NCBI GenBank assembly: GCA_028534125.1
Contig: CM052816.1
Span: 56,980,001-57,044,000, forward strand
Length of the DNA stretch: 64,000 nt
Direction: 5' to 3'
Source of the DNA: Lama glama
Taxonomy: Eukaryota
This document shows, piece by piece, positions 51,312-63,430 of the stretch. Under the pieces are notes generated by a model. It saw only the letters and a list, made by a program, of their open reading frames with translations. It was not told the DNA's origin and did not search any database. Position 1 is the stretch's first letter. The number at the start of each line of letters is the position of its first letter. A program made the translations under genes and the position numbers.

Positions 51312-54300
51312 TTTTTTATTTAATTTTACTTTTATTAAAGGCGCATGTGCATGCATGTAAAGAGGCAAGGAGTTGTTACACAACTTGCAGGAAAAAGAGA
51401 AGTCTCCACCCTCGGTCTCTCCCGCTTCCCACTTTCTGAAGGCAAATCCACTCGCATTTTCCTAACAGTTATTTGGTGTTAACATCATGTGATTTATCTC
51501 TGAACCACGTGATTTTATTGCTACTTCTTGAATTTTCACTTTTAAATATTATCTATTGACTTCCTACAATAGATGATAAGGATTTTAACACTTTTCATCC
51601 CCTCCTACTGCCCATATTCACATGGTCCATCACCTTCCAACTCTGTGCTCCCCAATATTTCTACATGTTTTTAGTTACATCAATATGTATGTTCCCATTT
51701 TATGACCATTTAAAATGCTATTGTCAGCTGAGCTATGTAGTATACTGATTGCTCTTCCTTTTCTCTACAACTTACTCTTTTTCCTGGCATTAGTAATTGC
51801 CTTACTATTTCCTTTGCTTGGTTTTCTATATATTTATCACCAAATAAACCCCAGACTCTCTTGCAGCTATGGAAATCTCCTCTCAATATGCTCAAATACA
51901 TTAGATATTCCATCAGCTGTCACTCCAAAAGCCTTATGAACTGCTCCAATCTTTTTTTGTAAGGGTCTTTTTAAATTTAATTTTTTTATTGAAGTATAGT
52001 TAGTTTAAAATGTGTCAATTTCTGGGGTACAGCATAATGTTTCAGTCATACATATTTATTTTCAAATTCTTTGTTATTATAGGTTACTACAAGATATTGA
52101 ATATAGTTCCCTCTGCTATACAGAAGAAACTTGTTGATCTATTTTATATACAGTAGTTAGTATCTACAAATCTCAAACTCCCAATTTATCCCTTCCCACC
52201 CCCTTCCCCCCGGTAACTATAAGTTTATTTTCTATGTCTGTGAATCTGTTTCTGTTTTGTAGATAAGTTCATTAGTGTCTTTTTTACTTCTTTCAGATTC
52301 CACATATGAGTGATTTCATGTGGTATTTTTCTTTCTCTCTCTCGGCTTACTTCACTTAGAATGATGATCTCCAGGTCCATCTATGTTGCTGCAAATGACA
52401 TTATTTTATTTTATTTTTTATAGCTGAGTAGTATTTCATTGTATAAATATACCACAGCTTCTTTATCCATTCATCTGTCGATGGACATTTAGGTTGTTCC
52501 CATGTCTTGGCTATTGTGTATAGTGCTGCTATGAATATTGGGGTGCACGTACCCAAATTAGAGTACCCTCCAGATGTATGCCCAGGAGTGGGATTGCTGG
52601 ATCATATGGTAAGTCTATTTTTAGTTTTTTGAGGAATCTTCATACTGTTTTCCATAATGGCTTCACCAAACTACATTCCTAACAACAGTGTAGGAAGGTG
52701 AACTGCTCCAATCTCGATGGCTTGGTCCTAGGCTGGTTACATATCTGCTGTCTCGGGTTTTCCCTTCACCATCTTGGAGATTACTTTAGCCTCTGTCTCA
52801 TGTTTAATTCCCTGTTTATGGACCTCATGTCTTCCTCTTTCTTGATTTATTTGGCTTTTTTGATAGAACACATCTTCCAGCAGCTTTCTGAGAAAGGATA
52901 AATGGTGGTAAATATTTCAGAATTTCTGAAAATATCTTTATTCTGCTACCCTACTTGATTAGTGTTGGAGCTGGGTATAAAATTCTAGGTTGGAAATAAT
53001 TTCCTCTCAGGAATGGAAGATATTTCTTCTTGGCCTTCATATTGCTAGTATTGCTGTTGACAGGTCAGATGCTATTCCAATTCCTGATTCTTTGTACGTA
53101 ACTTTTAGGATCTTCTCTTTGTCCTGCAGTGTTACGATTTCACAGTGATGAGCCTAGGTGTGGATCTATTTTTATCCACTGTGGCCAGCACCTGGTAGGT
53201 CTTTAACTCTGTTAATTTTAATGAACTATTGGATGATCCCCTGCCACCTGTTTTCTTTACCTTTTTCTGGAACTCCTACTCATCACATGATTGATGTCCT
53301 GGGCCAGGCGTCTAAATTTTTGACTATTTTTGTCTTATTTCTCTCTCTCTCGTTCGCTCTCTTTTTTCTTTTTTTTTAACCTTCAGGGATATTTTCTGAA
53401 CTTCATTCTAAAACTTCTATTGTCATTTTTACTTCTCACTTTTAATTCTCTGAAGTTTTTCTTGTTTTTTTTTTATGTAACATCTTATTCTTGCTTCATA
53501 TGTAATAGTCCTCTGTTAAAGGTTTCAACTCCTTGCATTATTTTCTTCCAAGTTGTTGTATATTTGTTCCTTGATTTGGCCACTTTCTTTTCTTTAGAAG
53601 TCTTCCTCAGGTGTTGATAATCCTGGCTATCTGTTGGTATGTAACAGTAGGGTGCTACAAAGCTGACAGAAATTTCTGTGTGCAAAGCAAGGCTTTGAAA
53701 CTCTGAGCTTCACAGTGGGGTGATCTGGCTAGGCCATTTCATAGGCAAATCCCTGTTATCAGTCTCTAGGACTTTTAAGCTGGCCAGATTCACCAAAGAG
53801 ATCTCCTTCTCATTAGGAGGGCAAAAATTCTGCGGGGTTAACTTCAACATTCAGTGTGTTAGCTTTCACTTACTCCCCCTGTCTTCAGGACACGTTTTCC
53901 ACCTTGACTTCTTGGTGTTACCCCATCCCACAGATCTTTTGTCTTATCCTTTTTAGGGAATACATTTCTAGTCTTCTGTCGGAGTAGTGGAGGAGATACG
54001 GGGGCAAAGGGAAGGGTCTTACTGCTTCTTAAGCTCAACCAATCCTCTGGATTTTAGCCCCATCATTACCTCCATTTCTAGAGGTAACTGGCACTGTCAA
54101 TTCTTAGACCTATTGGGGATTCCATTCCTCTCAGCGTTTCCTACTTTCTTAGGTCTGCTAAGTCATTACCATTCCTCCCAGTGCTTTTCAGCTGCTAAAA
54201 TGTTGTTATTGTTTCTCCTTTTCTCTTTGTTTACTTTTTGGTTTTTGTCTGATTCCTTAGTTGCCACTTTAGTGGAGTTTCTGGAGGAAGTGGAGGCAAA

Positions 54301-54333
54301 TGTGTATCTAACCAACTATCTTTAACTGGAAGT
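51312..54333 (-). mobile_element. Near-full-length HAL1 (half-L1, ORF1-only), interrupted by a young L1
   Basis: Minus-strand 5' end ACTTCCAGTTAAAGATAGTTGGTTAGATACACATTTGCCTCC; antisense ORF1-type block gctgggtataaaattctaggttggaaat; 3' end ..attatctattgacttcctac..; about 2.26 kb after removing the insert; no ORF2-like sequence noticed. Confidence 0.7.
51953..52698 (-). mobile_element. Young lineage-specific L1, 5'-truncated
   Basis: Same family as 31726-32349, in the opposite orientation; perfect 16-bp TSD TGAACTGCTCCAATCT at 51937-51952 and 52699-52714. Confidence 0.93.
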
Positions 54334-57035
54334 TCACTGAGTAATCTGATGTATTTATTCTAAAAAAATAGAAGTAATGTTCTACAGAAAAAGCTTCCCT
54401 TGTGCGCCTCACATGTATAGAATCTAGGGTTTACTGTAAGTTGCTAAATTAAAAGGAAAATAATACCTTTGTCAGTTCTCTCCCATATCTGACCTGTAGG
54501 TTGAATCCTTAATTCATATCACTGCCATGTTGGCCAGGGGTCCCACAGAAATCCTGTGCCATTGGGCCTATATTAACAACACAGAGTCTCAGGAAGAATT
54601 TCAGCCCCTCATTTTGTCACTCCATTCTATTCACCTACAGCTGATTGCTGGGTAATAACAGAGAGACTACAAATAGGAGGAGAGACCCTAATTAGGGATG
54701 GAAGAGGAGGACCTGAAACTCTAAGAAATGCACTCCTTCCTCTCCCTTGTGGCATAGCCATGGGTTTGCCCCTCCAGCTGCCCTTTTTGACCTGTCCTTT
54801 CCCTGGTCACCTTTACAACTCCAGGACAGAAGGGAGAAGCATATATGGCACTAGTCCACCAAGGACTGCCCAGTCTATGGGGTGAGGAGCTAGATTCCGC
54901 TGGGTCACTATTCTCAGAAGCCAAGTGGATAAATACATCCCTACAAGGAGGCAGTTTAATCTGCCTCCCATTTCCCTTATTTCCTTGGAAGGGGAAAAGG
55001 AAAAAGAAGACTTTAAAGTGTTTAAAGCTAAGAGCTCCCAACAAGGTCAATTCTTCATAGGAGAGATTACATGTTGGGCTTTCAATTATCTACTTACACA
55101 CATGAATGAACACCCACACTGCCCTCAATGCTTTTATGTAGGGCAACACCTAGATGAATATCAGGCAAACCTGCAATGGGAGAGAATCCCCGAAGTGGGA
55201 ATTGCATAGTCCCAAGAGGGTGTTCATGGAAGGAAGGAAGGGAAGACCCTTGGCTTGGCAGGCAGGCATAGGATGAAAGTCTGAATGAACAGACTGTATG
55301 TAGACTGGCCTCAGGATTGCCTATGTGTTGGCTTTTTAAAATACCACCTGGCTGTCTAGTAGCGTAAGCTCCACACCCTGGGCATTTGTCAATTACCTGC
55401 GTCTCAGCCATATCTCTGGCTCCCAAGATTACGGCTTCAGAGTCAAAGTTTGATTTATGATTTGGATTATTCACACAGAAACTTCTTGACGTTCCTCCTT
55501 GGGTGTGGAGTGTTGGCAAGAGCTCCCATCTAAAGGGGCCTTCCTGACCCTTTACCTTCCAGCTTGCTCCCATATTCAGAATTCAGCTTCCTATTACTCC
55601 ATCTGCTGTAGCACTCAAGGGCTCGGGAACCAGAGGAATTCCTGGAGGTTCTAGGAAGCTGCTCAGGCTTAGATGTTGGTAACACTGCTTATTTCAGTTA
55701 CTTGCACAAGTGCTGCGGCTTCATCCTGCTCTTGCTCTAAGCTTCTTTCAGGGTCAACACCATATCCTATGTGTGTCTTCATACGTAATTTTCAGTGAAC
55801 TTTGCAGGCAGCTGCCTTTCTACATAGGATCATCTGCCGGAAATGCAGGAAACCACACAGGCCAGAAAGAAAAAGACACTTGAGGTATTGTTTGGAGAAC
55901 ACATGCAAGATGATAGAAACCACAACATCCTACACCTGTAGCAACATCTGCTACAGATGGGTCTGTGCTCTGCAGTGCATTTTAGACTTTGATGCAAATT
56001 ACTTCTAAGAGACAAACTCGGGCTGCCTCTCTGCCAAGTTCCCTGCTGTAGCTGATTACTCCTGAAAGGCTGCATACATTACAATTTTACTACTTCTGGA
56101 GCAAAGAGAAGACTTCCTTTGCAAGGGTTTGCCCAACTCAAGCCAAGGTCATCAACTGAGGTTTCTGTCGGACAGTTTTGGCCCTAGAGATTCTGCTTGC
56201 TCTTTCAAAGCAAACAGGAAACCCAAACAAACTCTATTGGGCTCCATGCCTAACAAAAAGCAGACCCAGCCAGTCACTCACTCACTCATTATTGTCCAAA
56301 AGTAGCACTTAACCACCTCAATATTAGTTCTACGAAAAGCACATTAGCTCTGAGTTTAACTCCCTCCTAATGGTGTTTTCTGAGACTGGGCGCAGGGCTC
56401 AGTGATTGACTCAAAGAACTTACTGTGCTGCAGGAAACTTTCCAAAGGACTGGGGCTTGAGCACTTTATCAAACAGATTTTTATCTTTATTAGTTTCCTA
56501 TTTAAACCCAAGCTATAAACACCATAACCATTAACAGTTTCACTGTTCAGAATATATGAATGTTCTCAAAATTGATGACTATCTACAATTTGGGGCAAGA
56601 TCCAAGACCATAAACTCTCGTGTGCTGTAAGAACCAGAAGGGCAGGGAGGCTGGGAGCAGCAGGCATGCTGCATGTTGTGACTGCCTCTTGAGAGGTATT
56701 TTTAAGATTAGGGACTCTTTGGGGATTTTTTTTTCAGTTTTGTTTTATTCTGTATTGATTCTGGGTCCTTCTGCCTGAGCGAACTTCTAAACAGGGATAC
56801 TGGAAAGTCTTGGCAAAAGAGACCCAGAATGTTTTTCTATTCATTTTGTCCCTGACTAACTTGAGTACCTTGAGCAAGTCTGTCTGATGGTTAGCTTTCT
56901 GAAATGGCACTTTTTCTATTTCTTTTACAGTGTTGTAATGAGGACCACATATGTCTCCTTGAAAAATACAAACTGATAAACAAATCTAAGGTCCCTTTTT
57001 GCCTTTAAAGTTGAGAAGTTTATTCAATTACCCAG

Positions 57036-57570
57036 TATATTAATTTATCTATCACTATCTTACCAAATTACCCCAAAGCTGGGTAGCTCAGCACCCCAAA
57101 GCTGAGCAGCTTAAAACAATAAACATTTATTCACAGTTCGTTTGGGTCAAGAATTCAGGAGTGACTTAGCTGTATGGTTCTGGCTTAAGGTCTTTAATGA
57201 GGTTGTAGTCGAGTGTTGGCAGGGTCACAGTCGTCTGAAGTTTGACTGGGACTGGAGGATGCACTTCCAAGATGGCTCATGCACATGGGTATTGTCAAGA
57301 GGTTTTGGTTTCTTGACACGTGGGCCTCTCCATAGGGCTTCTTCAGTGTGTGTGACATGGCAACTGGCTTCTCCCAGAGTGAGTGAGCCAAGAGAAACCA
57401 AGTCAGAAGCCGTGATGTCTTCTGTGACCTAGCCTTGGAAGTTGCATATTGTCAGGATATCAGACTGGTTACACAAGTCAGCCCTTTTCATTATGGGAGA
57501 GGACCACACAAAAGCATGACTATCAGGCAGTGAAGCTCACTGGGGGCCATCTTGAAGGCTGGTTACCACA
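57036..57570 (-). mobile_element. MaLR solo LTR (MLT1F-like)
   Basis: caaattaccccaaa..gcagcttaaaacaataaacatttatt..cacttccaagatggctca..cacgtgggcctctccataggg..ggggccatcttgaaggctggttaccaca; 23-bp internal tandem duplication at 57070-57115. Confidence 0.8.
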
Positions 57571-57929
57571 AATCAGAACTATACTGACAAATAACTAAGT
57601 GAATTAAAAGTGGTTATTATTAAGTGCATATTTGAACTCAGCACATTCCAAACATTTTCCCGTCCTCTATCCACATCTGTCCTGAGCATAGACGCAGAGT
57701 TAAATACTTGACCTTAGTGTCAGAGACTGATTCATTCACCTACTTGTTTGAGCTTTTATGTCCTCATTTGCAAACTGGACATAATTCTCTACTCATTTCA
57801 CAGGATTATGGTAGCTATTAACTGAAAGAACAGTACCTAAGTATGCAATCAATGATAGGTGTTTTTATTTCTTATTATTGCTTTCACTGTACAACTCGAG
57901 AGATGAGCTCAAGTGCCCAGAGTTTGCAT

Positions 57930-58432
57930 TCTGGCACTCACATAACAAGAAGTCTGGATATTGCCTCGTTTCAGGTTTGCTGAATGTGATGGCTGCATGA
58001 CACCATCAAGTACCCAGGTTCTTTTAATCTTTCTTGTCTACTATCCTTGATATCTAGATTTTCTCTTTGATAACTTCATTAAGTAACTGCTGCAGCTTGA
58101 TCATCATGTCCTCACACAACTACATACAAAGGCTGGGTAAAAGAGTGAGTCCTTTTCTTATACCCCTTTTTGAGGTAAATAAAATCTTCCCATATCCCTC
58201 GTAGACTGTTCCTGAGATTTATTGATCTGAGTTGTGTTACATGCCAATTTCTAAGCCAATCATTGGCAAGGGGTAGGGAATTATAACTTGTTGGCTTAGA
58301 TTAATTAAGACTACTTCTTGTGGGCTGTGCAAAGGCTTGGCTTCACAGAAGCACATGGCTAAGTGATGTCTTAAAAAATAGTATGAAACAAAGATGGGGG
58401 TGGCTGTTGAGTGGGTCAGCAGTGTCTGTTTC
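57930..58432 (-). mobile_element. MaLR LTR (MLT1K-like)
   Basis: cacataacaagaagtctgga..catcaagtacccaggttc..ctaagccaatcattggcaagggg..ggctgttgagtgggtcagc. Confidence 0.6.
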
Positions 58433-58439
58433 AGGGTAT

Positions 58440-59400
58440 GAGGAAAATCTAAGAATTTTGAATGGTTGAAAGTGTCTTTATTCTGTCTGTACACTTGATG
58501 AATAGTTCAGTTGGATACAGAATTCTAGACTGGAAATGATTTTTCCTTAGAATTGTAATGGCATTGCTGTATTATCTTTTTACTTACAGTGTTATTTTTG
58601 AGAAGTTCAATGCCATTTTCACATTTGGTATGGGACCTGTTTTTCTTTCTGGAAGGGGTTTAAAGTTTCTAGTTATTCATGAGTTTCTAAAATTCTGTGA
58701 TTGTGTCTTTTGGTGTCTTCTGTTAGTCTTTGTCCTAGGCTTTCAACTGACCTTTTCAGTCTGAGGACTTAGTAAGTTCTGGGAAATTTTCTTGTGCTAT
58801 TTCTTTGAAAAGAATTTCCTCCTCTATTATCTCTGTACTTTCTTCCTGGAACTCAGTTTGAATGCAGGATTTCCTGTATTGATCTTGCAGTTTTTTTTTT
58901 TAATCTTTCCCCCTGTATTTTCCATCTGTCTTTTTGTTCTTTTCTGAAAGATTTCTTCAACTTCATATTGACTGTTTTACTGAATTTATTTCTGCTACCA
59001 TATTTTTTTTTTTGGTGTGGGGGGTGGGAGGTAGTTTTATTTACTTAATTATTTTTTTTAATGGAGGTACTGGGGATTGAACCTAGGGCCTCGTGTATGC
59101 TAGGCATGCACTCTACCTCTTGAGCTATACCTTCCCCCTCTGCTAACATATTTTTAATTTTCAAAATTTCTTTCTTGTTGTCTTAAATGTTTCTTTTTTA
59201 GAACATCCTTTTTACATTTTATGGATGCAATACCTTCTCTCATCTCTCCAAGGATTTTGCGTGGAAGATTTTTATGTGTGTTTCTTTAAAAATTTCTCTA
59301 ATTCCTCCCAGTTACTTTTATTTCCAATTTGGTTTTTGTCTTTTGTTAAAGATTTTCCTTAAAATATTTGGTGATTCTTCTTTACTTTTTCGTATTTAAG
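58440..59400 (-). mobile_element. Old L1ME/HAL1-like ORF1-region fragment
   Basis: gttggatacagaattctagactggaaat..tgagaagttcaatgccatt..gttctgggaaattttcttg, antisense ORF1 type. Confidence 0.6.
59008..59138 (-). mobile_element. tRNA-Ala-derived SINE (camelid vic-1 type)
   Basis: Minus strand GGTATAGCTCAAGAGGTAGAGTGCATGCCTAGCATACACGAGGCCCTAGGTTCAATCCCCAGTACCTCCA (A and B boxes); 17-bp TSD TCTGCTA[C/A]CATATTTTT at 58991-59007 and 59139-59155. Confidence 0.92.
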
Positions 59401-59519
59401 AGAAAAAAAGCACCACTTCACTATCTACCCATAAGATAAATTGTAATACCAGAGCAGACAGGAATGCCAAAGACATAATGATGTTACGATGTGATGCTCC
59501 AAGTGAAACTGAGAGCAGT

Positions 59520-59700
59520 CACTGCTAATGTTTATTAAGTGCACGTTATTTTACTTAACCCTCATAACTCTGTAATATATTATTACCATTCTCATTTAGC
59601 TGGTGAGGAAACTGAAGCATACAGGGCTATGTAACTTGTCCAAGGACATATAGCCAGAGAGTGGTGAACATGAGCTCTAAACCATGTACTGTACTACTTC
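59520..59700 (-). mobile_element. MIR SINE
   Basis: ttctcatttagctggtgaggaaactgaagcatacagggctatgtaacttgtccaaggacatatagc. Confidence 0.75.
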
Positions 59701-60959
59701 TTAGTAGGTAAACCTTGTCCTTGGCATGGCCCACCTCCTCTCTCTCTCTCTCTGACCCACCTTCTGGTGTTCTTGCTCCCTGATTCCTTGGTACCCTCCT
59801 GGTACCCTCACTTTGTATTGATACCCATCCCTATTATTATTCAAAATCCTCTGCCCTCCCATGTTTCTTCTCCTTTCCCTCACTCCCTTTCTCCTCTTCC
59901 AATCAAAATTTCAGTTTCTTCAGTGGTACTATCTCAATTTGGGGTCAGAAGAAAAATCACTCTATTGACATAACTTAGAATGAAGCAGGAATGAATGATG
60001 AGGAAAGAGTTAGAGAGGACTGTATTAGTTCTAACTAGTTGTGGAGTCAACAGAGGTAGCATTTCTTGATCTGCGCTGTGAGACAAAAGAGACAGTTGGT
60101 CTTGGTCATTACTCCGAAGGGGTTAAAGTTTTAGTTAAGGAGATAATTTACTGAAAAAGCTGATTATAGCACAAAGTTTACTTGTGTCCACTCTGTGAGA
60201 TACTGAGCACCTTTAATGTTACTGACTACTTCACACCATAAAGGCAACTTGACCTTCCAAGTACACTGAGATTTCAGAGGAAGATGTGGACTCAGGGAAG
60301 CCAGGTTTGCAAGTGTTAGCGCCCATGGGATGCAGGAGAGGCGTGTGTAGAATCTAGACAAGGGAAACTGATGAGCAAGTGTGTGGGCAGGGTCGTGAGA
60401 GGTGACCTCGTGCTAGCCTCACTTAGGTCACGGAAAGAAAAGGGGTCTGTGGCAGGGCCCTCCACTTCTGAAAGGCAGTGCTCTCTGAAGCAAGGATAAG
60501 GAAGATGCAGGAGTGATACAGGATTCAGAGTCAACAGTCACACCAGTGGCTCCCAACCTTGGTTCTCAACAGCAAACAAAGCTGCAGGGAAAGAGGGCTT
60601 CTTCAGAACATGGCTCTCCTGACCTTTTGGGTCTTTTTTAGATGAAAGTGCTTTCTTTTAACATATTTGAAAAACCTAGAAGGAATAAGATAAATCAATG
60701 CCTTAAGCTTTATCGGCTTCAAATTTAATCATTTTTTTTCTTGAACCGAATTCCTCACAGTGTTTAAAGAGCAGTAAGAGAGCAGAGCTGTCAGCACAGG
60801 GAGCCAGTCTTCCAGACCTCAGGATGAACTAGCCCATAGACTTCTATTCAATACGAACAAATCCCTTTTTTAATTTTATCTTTGGCTTTCAAAACCGAGC
60901 AGCCAGCAGCAGGTTGAAAATGCCTCCTCTGAGTCAGCCTTCCAGACCCTTGCTCTTGA

Positions 60960-63430
60960 AAGAGGTGGTTCCTTCTCCCCGGGCACGTACTCGAGTCCCA
61001 CGCCCTTCGTTATCAGGAGGACTGATTCCCGGGCCCCCAAAGCCCCGCAGCCTAGGGCGCCGCAAAGACACCCAGGGGTCGCCGAGCCACAACGCAACGA
61101 CCCGTGTCGAGCACGCTTGGACTGTGCTGCTGGGCTGTTAACTTGTTGGGAGAAAGCAGGACAGACGTTTCTCACAGACTAGCAGGTTTCCCCGGGTGGG
61201 CCTGCTCCCTCGGGGACAGCGAGAGACAGCGCGTGGGGAGCTGAGGGCGGCTCCGCGCGGGCCTCGACGTCCCCGGCGACCAGGACGCCAGGCGGCCTCT
61301 GCACCCGTGCGGGTACCTCCGAGCGGCCCCGGGCTCATTTTCCACTCGGCTGCTTCCCGGCCGAGTTGTAAACCCAACCTGACGTGGGCTCATTAATTTG
61401 GCAGCGACTGGAAGGCTGGGCCAGAGCGGCGCACCCGGGAGGCCTTTGTGCGCCCGGGGTCAGGTCAGAGGGCAACCGAAACACGGCTGAACCCTGCACG
61501 CGGCTCCCGGGCGCGGGGCGGCGCGGCCCGAGCCTCTTCCTCCCGCTCGGCGGCCCCGCCAGCGCGGCTTCCGGAGCCCGGGAGCGCGGTGACCCGGGCC
61601 CTGCGCAGCGCCCAGCCGGAGCTTGGAGCCCGCGCGCCCCGCCCGGCCTCTCTCCCCGACCCCCGCCCGGGAATCAGCCGGTGAGGGTCTCAGCTGGGCT
61701 GGACCGGCTGTCTCCGAGGCCTCCCGCCTTGGAGATTCAGTCCCCGGGGCTCAGGCCCGGCCCTGCCCACCGCCTCCCCTGAGTCTCCGCGACCCGTACC
61801 AGCCCCGAGGCGTCGGACCGGCCTGAAGCGCAGGGTTCGCCGCGGGGCCCGGGGAGCGCCCGGCTGCGGTGCGGCCCTCTGGCCCGAGCCCGCCCTGAGC
61901 CGGCCCTCTGCCCCGCAGCTCTGCGGCCGGGTCCTGAGGCCTCTCGGGATTTTCCTGGGCTATTTCGGCCCTGCGCCCGCGAGGCCGGGCTCCGTGCTCT
62001 TCATACATGTGATGCAGCCCTGACCTAGTCGGTCAGCGTCGAAGGCAGCCTCACCGTCCTCAGTTTTCTCGCTCCGCCGGGCCGCGGCGAGCGTCTGGAA
62101 AGAGGGACGCGCACCTCGAGGGCGGGTATCGCCTGCCGGAGTTTCCCTTCTCCAGTTTTGTTGACCTGCGGGTTCAGACTTCGAAGCCCGGATCCCCAAC
62201 CCAAACGGTTCTGTCCTTCACAAAGGCCTGAAGCCCGGCGTCGGGGACCTGGCGAGGGGCGAGGGCGAGGGCTGGCGGGGTGGCGGGGTGGGGGTGGTGG
62301 TCTGCTTTTTACAAGTGGCTCTGGCACAGATTGATTTTAGCAAGTTTCGCAAAAACAGAGCGGCTTCTTTCTCTGCCTTTAGGTGACTTCTGTGACATTT
62401 AGCAGCAAAGAAAACTATTTCCTCTGCCATTCAGAGCTAACCACGTGTAATTGGCCCAGAAGTCTGTTGTATTTTGGGAAACTGTTTGCGATATCCCATC
62501 TGTTTTCATCTCGCGGTTCAAACGAGTCTGTGTTTACCCTTCTGTCGGGGAAATTGGTTTACATGCGCAGCAATTTCAGTGCGACACCGAAATATTCCCT
62601 TGAACTAACGCTACGGGTCGGACAGACTTTGTACTGCTAATAACCCTCCATTACGTCTGTCAGGAGCCATTTACACAATCTCTTGGTCGGTCCCATAAAG
62701 GAAGTTAAGATCCTAGGTTTGTCCTATTTGAAAATCGATTGGTCTCTGGCCATGGCCAGAGACGCAGACGCACGGGTCAGAGGAGGTGGCCGGGCGGCCT
62801 GGGAGCAATTGGACCGGGGAGGGCAAAACCCGATGCGTTCTGGCTTCTATGGAGTGGGCTAGGCTAGGCTGACACTGAATGACCCCCAGCAGCTCCCTCC
62901 TTCCGCCCAGCAGGCGCGTTTGCGTCTTTCCCCCCCACCCCGCTCCGCAATCCGGGGCTGCGGGCGGATTGACACATTGCGAAACTGCCGTGAAGTAGTG
63001 CGAGGCAGGGGCGGATGGGTCTCTGACCGCGAACGTTTCGCAGGTTGAAGATGCAAGGCGCAAGCGGCGCAGGAGCCTTCTGGCCCTTTCGGGAGACGCG
63101 AAATGACGTAGAGAGACGGTTCGGTGCTCCCAGGAGGGACAAGTCTCCTTTCCAGGGCTGGGGCCGAGGAAAGGGACCCGGTCAGTGGAGCGTGAAGCGC
63201 TGGCCTGCAGCGGTGCCGGTGGGTGGCGGTCTCGTTTTGGCCCGCGGGCAATCGCGAGGTGGCTGCCTACGCGGCTCCGCATGCTGGGGAGTGTGTGCTG
63301 GAGCCTCGCCCCAGCTGTCCTGGGGCTGAGTAATCGGAGAAATTGCTCTGAAAGAGCGTCAGCTGCCCTGGCTGAGAGGCCCATAATCAGTCCCTGGCAT
63401 GTGTGCAAATGCTGATTTTGCGGGTGTTAC
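60960..63430. promoter_or_regulatory. Large orphan CpG island at about 61-63.4 kb
   Basis: About 2.4 kb of dense CpG in two GC lobes around a more AT-rich, CpG-retaining core (62300-62740); no credible ORF. Confidence 0.85.

Noticed and set aside
54700..55600. Possible old LTR-like sequence (also about 59950-60600)
   Set aside because: Could not be assigned to any family or given termini by eye.
59060..59138. tRNA-Ala gene calls at the three SINE heads
   Set aside because: Disrupted stems, AT-rich tails and TSDs show they are SINEs, not tRNA genes.
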